A DNA stretch of 64,000 nt from Nitrospirota bacterium (GTDB lineage Bacteria > Nitrospirota > UBA9217). Both the position numbers and the translations under genes were made by a program. The stretch covers positions 576,001-640,000 of the forward strand of contig CAWFSF010000002.1 in NCBI GenBank assembly GCA_963818475.1, given 5' to 3'. The notes beneath the pieces are model-generated. The model saw only the letters and a program-made list of their open reading frames with translations, was not told the DNA's origin and ran no database searches. Positions 53,241 through 62,855 of this stretch are shown here, in pieces (position 1 is the stretch's first letter; each line of letters opens with the position of its first letter).

Positions 53241-54050
53241 CTATTTACCGTTCCTATGATGACCGTTCGTGCTCACTTTCGTGATTTCCGAATGGCATAC
53301 ATTGCAGTTCTCGTATCCTCTGGTGAACTGCCCGCCGCTGTAATCCGTGCCGACATAGTGGCACTGGACGCAGGTGGTAGAACTGGCCGGCACCGGCAGC
53401 CCGGGCCTTCCGTTGTTCAGCATCTCCACAGCTTTGGCGGCGACGTCGCCTGCCAGGCGCGCGCACCGTTCCGAACGCTCGGGCGATCCGCTTGCGTACC
53501 CCGATGCAAGGCACCAGTTCGTGACAGAGTTGTGGCAGAGAGTGGTTTTTGCGATGCTCTGCGCCAATGGACCGGTAGGAGCAACGATGTTCGATGGAAG
53601 CGGCGTCTGTGTATACCAGGTGAGAAGGTCCGAGATGAATCCCTGGGCATCCACTTGCGCGCAGATAAGCCCGATTGCCGCACATGCCCCGTTCAGCGCC
53701 CCGCAGAAACTGGCGAAACCGGCGACGCCGCTCGCAGCCCATTCCATCATAGGCGTCGGGATGTTCGCGTACGGGCCGTACGGGTCCGCGGCAGCCAGCT
53801 GGCTGATAATGGCGTTGAATGAAGCAAATCCACAATGCTGATGCTTGACCCCGTCAATAACAATTCCTTTATACGAGTTATATCCGAGCTGCCTTGTTGC
53901 TTCCGCGTCAAGCGGAGCATACCCGAAGGGATGCGCTACCGCGGCATTGGCCTTCCCCGGATTTACCAGAGTCAATCCGCCCGCTGCAACAACGCCCGCC
54001 ATCACCCCAGCACCTACTTTCAAGAAATCTCTTCGCGATGAGTCTGACAT
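53241..54050 (-). CDS. Tat-exported C-GCAxxG-C-C / split-Soret cytochrome c-like protein
   Basis: SRRDFLK; CGALNGA; RSERC; C-terminal CVQCH and CNVCH. Confidence 0.82.
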   Translation of the reverse strand: MSDSSRRDFLKVGAGVMAGVVAAGGLTLVNPGKANAAVAHPFGYAPLDAEATRQLGYNSYKGIVIDGVKHQHCGFASFNAIISQLAAADPYGPYANIPTPMMEWAASGVAGFASFCGALNGACAAIGLICAQVDAQGFISDLLTWYTQTPLPSNIVAPTGPLAQSIAKTTLCHNSVTNWCLASGYASGSPERSERCARLAGDVAAKAVEMLNNGRPGLPVPASSTTCVQCHYVGTDYSGGQFTRGYENCNVCHSEITKVSTNGHHRNGK

Positions 54051-54244
54051 GTTATTTCCTCCTTAAGGTATGGGTATCATGATGTTTCGAGCACCGATGG
54101 TCAGAATTGCCAGCCAGTATGACTGCTCAGTGAAACGGTTCCGGTTTGCCGCCTTTCTTTTTTGCATGCCTCCCGCTGCACAGGGAATACTATAAAAGAA
54201 GCGCCGCACAGGTGAAAAATCCCTCTTCTTGCCTCGAAAATCTA

Positions 54245-54736
54245 TCACGCTGTTGTTTCGTTAGCCCGCAAAACAGATATTTCACTGCTCGAAAACACTT
54301 TTTCGATGTCCAGAATGATAACAAAGCGGTTCTCCTGCTTGCCCATGCCCTTGATAAACCCGGTGTTCGCCAGCGTCCCGATGCTGGGCCGGGGCTCAAT
54401 GCTGTCCTGCTCAAGATCTATCACCTCCTGCACGGAATCCGCGAGAGCTCCCAGCACTGTAGGCTGATCATCGATTGCCACCTCCACGATGATGATGCAT
54501 GTGTTGACCGTCATCCTGGTCCTGGGCATCCCGAATTTAAGACGGAGGTCCACGACGGGCACCACTCTGCCTCTGAGGTTGATCACCCCGTGCATGAATT
54601 CCGGCGTCCTGGGAATCCTGGTTATCGATGTGAAATCGAGCACCTCACGGACTTGTGAAATATCGATCGCAAAGGTTTCCGTATCAAGATTAAAGGTCAG
54701 GTACTGCGTCGTCTCCATGGTCCCCGCTGTCGTCAT
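54245..54736 (-). CDS. cheW: Chemotaxis adaptor CheW
   Basis: YLTF, GVINLRG.V.PV.DLR, ADSV.EV. Confidence 0.95.
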   Translation of the reverse strand: MTTAGTMETTQYLTFNLDTETFAIDISQVREVLDFTSITRIPRTPEFMHGVINLRGRVVPVVDLRLKFGMPRTRMTVNTCIIIVEVAIDDQPTVLGALADSVQEVIDLEQDSIEPRPSIGTLANTGFIKGMGKQENRFVIILDIEKVFSSSEISVLRANETTA

Positions 54737-54790
54737 GGCATGCCTCCCTTTCCAGCATCGGATTTTTCAAATCTGAGACTTTGCCGGCGC

Positions 54791-54906
54791 TCGGCAACAC
54801 CGGCTATCGCTTCTGTTTGAGTACACGAAAGCACGTTATAATCATCACACCTCGTGGTTCACATTTCAGGCCGTCAGAGGTTGCATCCGCCGCGCGTGAC
54901 TGCCGA
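54791..54906 (-). ncRNA. Possible degenerate c-di-GMP-I (GEMM) riboswitch upstream of cheW
   Basis: TCGGCA...GGATGCAAC...GGCCTGAA...GATAGCCGGTGTTGCCGA; P1 pairs but the GAAA tetraloop is absent. Confidence 0.3.
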
Positions 54907-55597
54907 TGTTCTGTGTACAAAATAGTGAAGTATGATAATTGCTGGTAGTGCGTGAGTAACGCTTGTGCCTTGGAGGCACGGGAATGCGGATATGCAGGAA
55001 TTCTGAAATACGAAGGAGCAGCTTTAATCCAGAATGGTCGTGTTGCTTTAGAACTGCAACAAAGAGTTACCTTAGCGTATTGCTTAATGCAGCATTCTTG
55101 TCACCTCTTCGAACACTCCCCTTGAGCTCGTTCATGTTTAGGCAACACTTTATTGCTATTTTCATACGCAACACCTTGTGTAATGATTTATTTTGCAATA
55201 TTTATACCCATACATAATAAATTTAAGTTGTTATTTATCAATTTGTTGCCGTTGGGAGCAGGTGTCGCGCATGTCCGAAAACACTACAGGTCCAGTTGTT
55301 GACTGGCAAAATTTGGCATTAATGATTGCGGTTATAGATCGTCACGAGAGCGGTCACCGTGACCGATACAAAACAGAAGCGCCCCAATAAGCGAGGCGCT
55401 TCACGTCGGAAGCTGAGGCCGTGGTTGCAGCACGTGTTGCGAACAACGCGACAAGGACAGCAAGGACAATAAGCCGTGTATTGATGATTTTTAGAATGCA
55501 CGCTTTTTTCGTTAAAACTTTGCGAATGTAGCATCGATTAAATTTGTCGTCAACCTAAAGTTATGATTTGAGATGACCCGAAGGAATAGTGCACTTG

Positions 55598-55741
55598 TGA
55601 TGGTCTCGTAAGAAGTCTCCTCTGCCGTCATTGCGAGGAGCTGAGCGACGCGGCAATCTCTTTTTTTCAGGCGGTTATAAACTGCGAGATTGCTTCGCTT
55701 TGCTCGCAAAGACGGCTTAAAGGACTTTTACGAACACATCA
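55598..55741. repeat. Palindromic REP/RPE-like element
   Basis: TGATG..TCGTAAGAAGTC..GTCATTGCGAGGAGC..GCAATCTC..GAGATTGC..GACTTTTACGA..CATCA. Confidence 0.8.
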
Positions 55742-55909
55742 ACTTGTAATTGTTTGATTTTATGTGGTGAGGTATTTTCAGAGCGTGGGCGAAAAGTTGC
55801 AGTCATTTGCAGCGCGCTTACGTCGAAAACGAATCTCAGAATGCATTAAGGAATAAGATAGGATGCAAAGGAGTGGGTATCTTGCTGATAAATCGTCATG
55901 AAAGAAAGC

Positions 55910-56380
55910 TCACTGCGGCCGATACCGGAGAGCCAGGCCTTTTAAGAAGCTCCTCAGGAACTGGTCGCCGAATTCCTTGTAGTTCTTATGGTCTTTTTTT
56001 CTGAAGAAGGCGGTCAGTTCGGAGCTTGAGATAGCGACCTCGCCCAGCTTCAGGACGGCGAGCATATCGTCCTCTTTCAGCTCCAGGGCGATCCTGAGCT
56101 TCCGCAGCACGGCGTTATTGTTCAGTTGCTGGTCAGGCCTTTTCACCTGCCCCGGTTCAGCCTCTTTCCTGCCCCGTTTATGAACAATAAGCCCGTCCAG
56201 AAAGGCGCCCAGCACCATATCGCTGCAGGCGACATATCCCGGTTCGTCCTCCTTCTTCAGGAGGTTCTTCAGACCGGCCAGATCGACGGCGTGACCGGCC
56301 TGCTTGAATATTTCGAGCATGGTCGGATCGTTGAGGTTCAGGGCGTAGCGTACTCTTTTGAGAATGTCATTGGGTGTCAT
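55910..56380 (-). CDS. DUF1456 (YehS) family protein
   Basis: ND.L..VRYAL, NN.VLRKLRIA, DQFLR.FL.G. Confidence 0.9.
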   Translation of the reverse strand: MTPNDILKRVRYALNLNDPTMLEIFKQAGHAVDLAGLKNLLKKEDEPGYVACSDMVLGAFLDGLIVHKRGRKEAEPGQVKRPDQQLNNNAVLRKLRIALELKEDDMLAVLKLGEVAISSSELTAFFRKKDHKNYKEFGDQFLRSFLKGLALRYRPQ

Positions 56381-56466
56381 AATATGCTTACTGTATATCG
56401 CATTGAGCAGCAGCGCAAGCGGAATTTTCCCGCATTCGAATTTCCATTGTTTCAAAACTTGTCTTT

Positions 56467-56631
56467 AACCTGAAAAACATTTGGACACGGAAGGAGCGGA
56501 TTAACAGCGGATAAAGGCGGATAAATCGTAAACAACGCACTCACCTATTGGGTGAACCATATATCAGGAAAAAATCCGCCGTTATCCGACTCTTATCCGA
56601 TTTGATCAGTGTCAAAGGACGTTTTTAGGTT
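56467..56631. repeat. MITE/REP-like inverted-repeat element, copy 2
   Basis: Homologous to 48981-49169. Confidence 0.75.
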
Positions 56632-57010
56632 TAAAGCTTTCCTTTGCGTCTTGGCGAGAGACGCCCTTGACTCTGCCCGGCTTGACAGTCATCAGCCTGC
56701 TCTTGAAATTGCAGCGGGAACCAGTTATGATGGCGGCATGAACGAGAACGCGGGAAATCTCTGCGGAATTTGTGACCTGCCTCCGAAGGAATGTGTCTGC
56801 TTTTGCGGGTGAAGCCACGTCTGCCCCCTGGACCAGGGGGAAGCATACTGCCCGATCTGCCTGCCGGAGCCTGAACATTAGGGCAGGAGCAGTACTACTT
56901 TCATTTTTTTCTATCATCTTCCTGCGGTTTCTTATATTATAATAGTGTTGTCAGTGACGAACGCTTTGGCTGCGAGCATATAATCTTATGTACGAAAGAG
57001 GTGAGGAATA

Positions 57011-57076
57011 ATGGCACAGTCGCGTCAGGGAGCAAAAAAGGAAGTTAAGAAGCCGAAGAAAGATAAAAAGAAGTAA
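57011..57076 (+). CDS. Small Lys-rich peptide (21 aa)
   Basis: GAGGTGAGG RBS + MAQSRQGAKKEVKKPKKDKKK*, followed by a terminator. Confidence 0.55.
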   Translation: MAQSRQGAKKEVKKPKKDKKK

Positions 57077-57092
57077 CGATCGCAGCGCCTGA

Positions 57093-57130
57093 AAAAGACG
57101 AAAGGGAGCTATCGGCTCCCTTTGTCTTTT
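57093..57130. terminator. Bidirectional intrinsic terminator
   Basis: AAAAGACGAAAGGGAGC/GCTCCCTTTGTCTTTT between convergent genes. Confidence 0.75.
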
Positions 57131-57173
57131 GATGAACGCTTCATGAACGAACGATCCGCCTGCCGCCCTTCCC

Positions 57174-60100
57174 TCAGAAGAGCCAGAACACCCTGTATCT
57201 TTTCTTATGCTCAGGCGTGGTCTCCACGCCGAACAGCCCCCCCAGGACCGCCCAGTATGAGCCCTTGCCCTCTTCCGACTCAGTATAATAGAAGGGATTG
57301 AACTCAAAGATCGAGGACGTAGGCGTAGCGCTCTTCCTGATGACCCTCCAGAGGAACCGGAAATCGCTCGTCTCGGCGTCTTTCCGCTCGTAGGAAATGA
57401 CCTTCCAGAGGAAGCCCGTCTGTTTCACGAACTCTCCCTCGCTGCTGTAGGAAAACAGGAACCATAGCACGGACCAGCTCATGGCGTCCTGTTCCTTGTC
57501 AAAGGAATAGGAATAGAGCGGGAAGAGCCTGTGCTGCTCCAGAGTTCCTCTCCTGTTGTAGTGGAAAAGACTGATCTTCGGCGGCACCAGCCACAGAAGG
57601 GACAGGTCGGTCTCATCACGCGTCTCATCCCGTTCATACCAGTGAAGCAAGAGCGTCAGATCTCGTTGCCTGTTCTCGTCCTTTTCCTGATGCCACCACA
57701 CGGGAAAAACCGTGGACAGGGAGGCAGTCCCCTCCCGCCTGTGATAGTACAGCAGGAACTGGTCGAGTTCCACGTCCCGCATCGGATCCCGTCCGAAGCG
57801 GATGAGCGGCCAAAGGAGCGCGTGTTCCTGATAGGTCCCCTGTTCATGCCAGCGATAGATCGGCCAGACGTACAGCGTGTTCGTTCCCGGATCACGCTGA
57901 TGGTAATAGAACGGCGCGAGCGTCAACAGCGAGTCCGCGTCGCTCTGGCTGTAGTAGAGCGGGATGAGCCAGGTCTTCTTCTCCGGTCCCTCCACTTTCC
58001 TGCCGTACAGAGGGAAGACAGCGGTGAACGAGTCATTTTGTTCTCGCTTATGATAGTAGAGTAGAAACTGACTGAGCGTGATGTCTTTCACCGGGTCCCG
58101 TCCGAAGCGGACCAGCGGCCAGAGGAACGCATGCTCACGATAGCTCCCCGCTTCGTGCCACCGGTAGATCGGCCAGACGTACAGCGTGTTCGCTCCCTCG
58201 TCGCGTTGATGATAATAGAACGGCGCGAAGGTCAGGAGCGAGTCTTCGTCCTCGTAATGGTAGTAAAGCGGGAAGAGCACCTGCTGCTTTCTTGCTCCCG
58301 CTATCGTGCTCCAGAAAAGAGGGAACACCGTGGTGAACGATCTGTCCTGTTCCCGCTTGTGATAGTAGAGCAGGAACTGGTCGAGCTCCACGTCTTTCTC
58401 ACCGTCCTTTCCGAAGCGGATCAGCGGGTAGAGTGCCCCGTATTCACGGTAGCTCCCCTGCTCCTTCCTGCTGAAGAGAGGCCACAGATGGAGTGAATCG
58501 CTTCCCGGCTCCTTGCGGTGATAATAGAGCGGAGCGATGGTCAGGAGCGAGTCTACGTCTTCACGGTGGTAGTAAAGCGGGAAGAGCACCTGCTGCTTTT
58601 TTGCTCCCGCTATCGTGCTCCAGAAAATAGGAAACACCGTGGTGAACGATCTGTCCTGTTCCCGCTTGTGATAGTAGAGCAGGAACTGGTCGAGCGCGAT
58701 GTCTTTCTCCCGGTCCCGTCCAAAGCGGATGAGCGGGTAGAGGGCCCCGTATTCGCGGTAGCTTCCCTGCTCCTTCCTGCTGAAGAGAGGCCACAGGTGG
58801 AGCGTGTCCTTGTCCGCTTCCCTTCGATGATAGTAAGGCAGCACAGGGAGCGCGAGCGTCAACAGCGAGTCTTCGTCCTCGCGGTGGTAGTAAAGCGGGA
58901 AGATCACCTGCTGCTTCTTTGCTCCCGCTATCGTGCTCCAGAAAAGGGGAAAGACCGTGGTGAACGCTTTGTCCTGTTCACGTTTATGGTAATAGAGCAG
59001 GAACTGGTCGAGCGCGATGTCTTTCTCCCGATCCCGTCCGAAGCGGATGAGCGGCCAGAAGGAAGCGTGCTCGGTATAGGTCTTTTCGCGGCGCAGGCTG
59101 TAGATCGGGAAGAGGACCAGCTTTTCTTTATCCGGCTCCTTGCGGTGATAGTAGGGCAGCACCGGCAGCGCGAGCGTCAACAGCGAGTCCGCGTCGCTCC
59201 GGTGGTAGTAGACCGGGAACAGCCAGGAGAGCTTTTGCTCGTTCTCCACCCGCCTGCTGTAGAGCCAGAGCAGGGCGTCCTGCTGCGAGAGTCCGGCGCG
59301 GCTGTCGCGCGTATCCATGAAGAGCGGGCCGAGGACGAAGGTTTTTTTATACCAGTCGCCTTCCCGGTGTACCCCGTAGAAGGGAATGAGGTGCCGATAG
59401 CTGTTTTCCCCTGAGTCGAAGGACCAGTAGAGCGGGAAGAAAACAGTATAGGCATTGTCCGGCCTGGAGCCGTGCCAGTAGAACGGAGGGATCCTGACCG
59501 AGCGCGTTGTGGGCGAAGCTTCATAATGAAAGAACGGCCAGAGCACGTCCCACCCGGTGAGCTGTTGCTCCTGGTCCGCATATCGGGAGTACAGGGGGAA
59601 GAGGAGGAAATGCCGCGAAACAACGTCGCCGCGCTTGTACTCGCCGTAGAACGGGAAATAGTAGGTGAATGCTGACTGCTGCTCCTTGTCCTCTGCATTG
59701 AAGTACAGCGGAAAGACGGTTTTAAAGCTGAACTGCTCGCTTCGGTACCGCAGGTAGACCGGGACCCCGACGGTGATGCCGAAGTCCTTCCTTTCGTAGT
59801 CATAGTAGAGCGGCAGGAGCGTCGTGAACGCGCTCTCTTCCGACTTCCGCTTCATGTAGAGCGGGGTGATGGCCGAAAACTCGACCGTGGGGCTGTCGTA
59901 CTGTAGGTAGAAGGGAAGGAACGTGCGCAGCCTTGTCGTCCCCGTTACTGACGAGAAATAGGTCGGGAAGATATACCGGAAATGTCCTTCAGGCTCCCTC
60001 CTGCTGTGATAGAGAGGAATGATCGTCCTCACGCTGGTATCAGGCGTTTCGCGGTGGTAGTAAAGCGGCGCGACGATCCGCATCGACTCCTCCGGTGTTT

Positions 60101-61679
60101 TCCGTCCAAAATAGATCGGAAGCAGAAGGTCCCATGCAGCCTGGGGTTTTCTCGATGAGAACCAGAGGGGGAAAAGAGTGGTGAAGGCTTTGTCCTGTTC
60201 CCGTTTATGATAATACAGCAGGAACTGGTCGAGTTCGAGGTCTTTCTCCCGGTCACGTCCGAAGCGGATGAGCGGCCAGAGCACCCCGTGCTCGCGATAG
60301 CTCCCCTTTTCATACAGCCGGTAGAAGGGCCAGAAGTAGAGCGAGTCACTGCCCGGCTCCTTGCGGTGATAGTAGAGCGGCGCAAGCGTCAACAGCGAGT
60401 CTTCGTCTTCACGGTGGTAGTAAAGCGGAAAAAGCACCTGCTGCTTCTTTGCTCCCGCTATCGTGCTCCAGAAAAGCGGGAAAACCGTGGTGAATGATTT
60501 GTCCTGTTCGCGCTTATGATAGTACAGCAGGAACTGGTCGAGTTCGATGTCTTTCTCCCGGTCTCGTCCGAAGCGGATCAGCGGGTAGAGCGCCCCGTAT
60601 TCGCGGTAGCTCCCCTGCTCCCGCCTGCTGAAGAGAGGCCACAGATGAAGTGATTCGCTTCCCGGGTCCTTGTGGTGAAAGTAAAGCGGCGCGATGGTCA
60701 GGAGGGAATCCGCGTCGCTCTGGCTGTAGTAGAGCGGGAACAGCCAGGTCTTCTTCTCCTGGCCTTCGACCTTCCTGCCGTACAAGGGGAAGACTGCGGT
60801 GAACGAGTTGTTTTGTTCGCGCTTATGATAGTACAGCAGGAACTGAGCGAGCGCGATGTCCTTCACCGGGTCCCGCCCGACGCGGATCAGCGGATAGAGT
60901 GCCCCGTATTCGCGGTAGCTCCCCCGCTCCTCCCTGCTGAAAAGAGGCCACAGATGAAGTGAATCGCTTCCCGGCTCCTTGCGGTGATAGTAAAGCGGCG
61001 CGAGCGTCAGGAGGGAATCCGCGTCGCTCTGGCTGTAGTAGAGCGGGAGCAGCCAGGTCTTCTTCTCCTCGTCTTCGACCTTCCTGCCGTACAAGGGGAA
61101 AAGGGTGGTGAACGAGTTGTTTTGTTCGCGCTTATGATAGTACAGCAGGAACTGAGCGAGCGCGATGTCCTTCACCGGGTCCCGTCCGACGCGGATCAGC
61201 GGATAGAGGGTCCCGTATTCGCGGTAGCTCCCTTCCTCCTGCCTGCTGAAGAGGGGCCACAGGTGCGTATAGGAGTAGTCTTTACCCTCGCCTGCCCAGT
61301 AAAGCGGAAAAAAAACGCTGTAACTTCTCTCGGGAGAGCTCTTCTGCCAATAGAAGGGGAACAGGTGAGACGACGAGTGCTCCCCTTCCCGCTTGTAAAC
61401 GCCGAGGGGCCAGAGCACGCTGGTCTTGCGAAATTCCCTCGCCGGATCGCTTTCTGTTGCAAAGATGAAATACCCGAAGGAATACCTGGTCCAGCTGTCC
61501 CTGCGCTCGTAATGGTACAGGGAAAAGAGCGCGTCCGTCTCCGCCCGGCCTTGCTCCTCACTGTGATAAAGCAGCGGCCACGCCGTGATCGGACGCGACA
61601 CCTCCTCGGCGCCCGCACCGGATGCGATGGCCAGAACGAACGTGACGATGATGAAGAGCAGCAGAAATGCTTTTTTCAT
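57174..61679 (-). CDS. 1501-aa exported aromatic-rich repeat protein (probable outer-membrane beta-hairpin repeat protein)
   Basis: Signal peptide; recurring [FW]PL[FY] motif about every 17 aa; nine ~103-aa units; C-terminal VFWLF. Confidence 0.8.
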   Translation of the reverse strand: MKKAFLLLFIIVTFVLAIASGAGAEEVSRPITAWPLLYHSEEQGRAETDALFSLYHYERRDSWTRYSFGYFIFATESDPAREFRKTSVLWPLGVYKREGEHSSSHLFPFYWQKSSPERSYSVFFPLYWAGEGKDYSYTHLWPLFSRQEEGSYREYGTLYPLIRVGRDPVKDIALAQFLLYYHKREQNNSFTTLFPLYGRKVEDEEKKTWLLPLYYSQSDADSLLTLAPLYYHRKEPGSDSLHLWPLFSREERGSYREYGALYPLIRVGRDPVKDIALAQFLLYYHKREQNNSFTAVFPLYGRKVEGQEKKTWLFPLYYSQSDADSLLTIAPLYFHHKDPGSESLHLWPLFSRREQGSYREYGALYPLIRFGRDREKDIELDQFLLYYHKREQDKSFTTVFPLFWSTIAGAKKQQVLFPLYYHREDEDSLLTLAPLYYHRKEPGSDSLYFWPFYRLYEKGSYREHGVLWPLIRFGRDREKDLELDQFLLYYHKREQDKAFTTLFPLWFSSRKPQAAWDLLLPIYFGRKTPEESMRIVAPLYYHRETPDTSVRTIIPLYHSRREPEGHFRYIFPTYFSSVTGTTRLRTFLPFYLQYDSPTVEFSAITPLYMKRKSEESAFTTLLPLYYDYERKDFGITVGVPVYLRYRSEQFSFKTVFPLYFNAEDKEQQSAFTYYFPFYGEYKRGDVVSRHFLLFPLYSRYADQEQQLTGWDVLWPFFHYEASPTTRSVRIPPFYWHGSRPDNAYTVFFPLYWSFDSGENSYRHLIPFYGVHREGDWYKKTFVLGPLFMDTRDSRAGLSQQDALLWLYSRRVENEQKLSWLFPVYYHRSDADSLLTLALPVLPYYHRKEPDKEKLVLFPIYSLRREKTYTEHASFWPLIRFGRDREKDIALDQFLLYYHKREQDKAFTTVFPLFWSTIAGAKKQQVIFPLYYHREDEDSLLTLALPVLPYYHRREADKDTLHLWPLFSRKEQGSYREYGALYPLIRFGRDREKDIALDQFLLYYHKREQDRSFTTVFPIFWSTIAGAKKQQVLFPLYYHREDVDSLLTIAPLYYHRKEPGSDSLHLWPLFSRKEQGSYREYGALYPLIRFGKDGEKDVELDQFLLYYHKREQDRSFTTVFPLFWSTIAGARKQQVLFPLYYHYEDEDSLLTFAPFYYHQRDEGANTLYVWPIYRWHEAGSYREHAFLWPLVRFGRDPVKDITLSQFLLYYHKREQNDSFTAVFPLYGRKVEGPEKKTWLIPLYYSQSDADSLLTLAPFYYHQRDPGTNTLYVWPIYRWHEQGTYQEHALLWPLIRFGRDPMRDVELDQFLLYYHRREGTASLSTVFPVWWHQEKDENRQRDLTLLLHWYERDETRDETDLSLLWLVPPKISLFHYNRRGTLEQHRLFPLYSYSFDKEQDAMSWSVLWFLFSYSSEGEFVKQTGFLWKVISYERKDAETSDFRFLWRVIRKSATPTSSIFEFNPFYYTESEEGKGSYWAVLGGLFGVETTPEHKKRYRVFWLF

Positions 61680-61776
61680 AGGGTCTGCCCTATTATCATA
61701 AAAACCGATCTATACGGCTGCTGACCTTTTTTCTCTAATGCGAGATGTTGCCGCCATTTTGAGCAAACATTATTTG

Positions 61777-62421
61777 CTACTGCAACGCATCCGCGATCGC
61801 AGGACTGTTCAAAAGCTCCTCGATCTTTCCCTTGAATGCCCGGGGGACCGCTTGCCTGGCATGCGCCGGGGGATTCCAGGAACTTCCTCCCAGATCGTCC
61901 TTTCCCTGGATCCTTTTTTCCGCAAGAACCCTTCCGTCCTGGTCGTAGATCTTCATGGTAACGTCGTAGCTCAAGGCAGTATTCATGTAGGTATCGCTTT
62001 TCCATTCGTTCAAAATCAGGAGGATCAGGCGTTCGGCCCGAACAGCCTTCAGTTTTTCCAGAGCGGCGGCTTGATCGTCGTCCTGCGTCACAGCGACGGG
62101 CACGGCTTTATAGCCTTTCTTTGCCAGCGATGTCACAAGCGCCTCGGTCATGTCCTTTGCCAGCGGTTCTCCGCTCGCGGTCGTAATATTGAAAGGATTG
62201 CCGAAGCCGCCGCGCTGAAGGCCGACGAAATCGGGGGTCTTCTCCCGGTCCTTTACGTATTGCCGCTGATCGTGAGCCGCAACGCCCACAGCCTTGGTGC
62301 CTGAAACGGTAAAGTCAGCGACCACATTGCTGTAGCTATGCCGGTTCCCGACAGCGCACCCGGCGGAGAAGGCCAAAACGATCACGACAACGGCATATTG
62401 AACCTGCAAAAAGATCTTCAT
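61777..62421 (-). CDS. Hypothetical lipoprotein
   Basis: SAGC lipobox; VG..RGGFGNP motif. Confidence 0.75.
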   Translation of the reverse strand: MKIFLQVQYAVVVIVLAFSAGCAVGNRHSYSNVVADFTVSGTKAVGVAAHDQRQYVKDREKTPDFVGLQRGGFGNPFNITTASGEPLAKDMTEALVTSLAKKGYKAVPVAVTQDDDQAAALEKLKAVRAERLILLILNEWKSDTYMNTALSYDVTMKIYDQDGRVLAEKRIQGKDDLGGSSWNPPAHARQAVPRAFKGKIEELLNSPAIADALQ

Positions 62422-62855
62422 GGGAATGCTCCTTTCCTGACAAGGTGAAATGCCAACGGGCTTGCGTCCGCTGCGCTTAATCCTACAGATTTGAACTGCT
62501 GCACAAAAAAACCGAACAGACTTCAGGGGTTTCCCTGTCGGTTCGGACTCAGCGTTGTTCGTCTTTTAAGTATACTATAATTCTTATACTTTAGAAGTAA
62601 AAATACCAGCCGGAGGATTTATCGGGTATGTGGATAACAATAGCGGGATCGTCATTTTTGATTGCCGGCGCCTGGCAAAAAAAAGGCAAAAGACGCATCC
62701 TGCGCTCTTTGCCTTTGCAACACCGGCTGATGAAAGATCGATAACCGCACAGCCGCTCTTGCTGAACAGCCCGTACTGAAGCAAACACCTTTCTCGCTTA
62801 GCGTTTTTTCATGGTAGACGCCAAGCGCCTCATAGCGCGGACAGAAGCAGGAGCC

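Noticed and set aside
55250-55500. Signal-peptide-like frame (IVLAVLVALFATRAATTASA)
   Set aside because: Interrupted by stops with no recognisable family; at most an unidentifiable gene relic.
57174-61679. CRISPR array or DGR template/variable repeat
   Set aside because: The repeats are 309-bp in-frame coding units with no unique spacers; I saw no adenine-specific pattern in the differences, and there is no cas or reverse transcriptase gene.
62505-62720. Two hairpins with T-tracts as a riboswitch or ANTAR element
   Set aside because: Adequately explained as terminator/attenuator-type hairpins after the ytxH-like gene; no aptamer consensus recognised.
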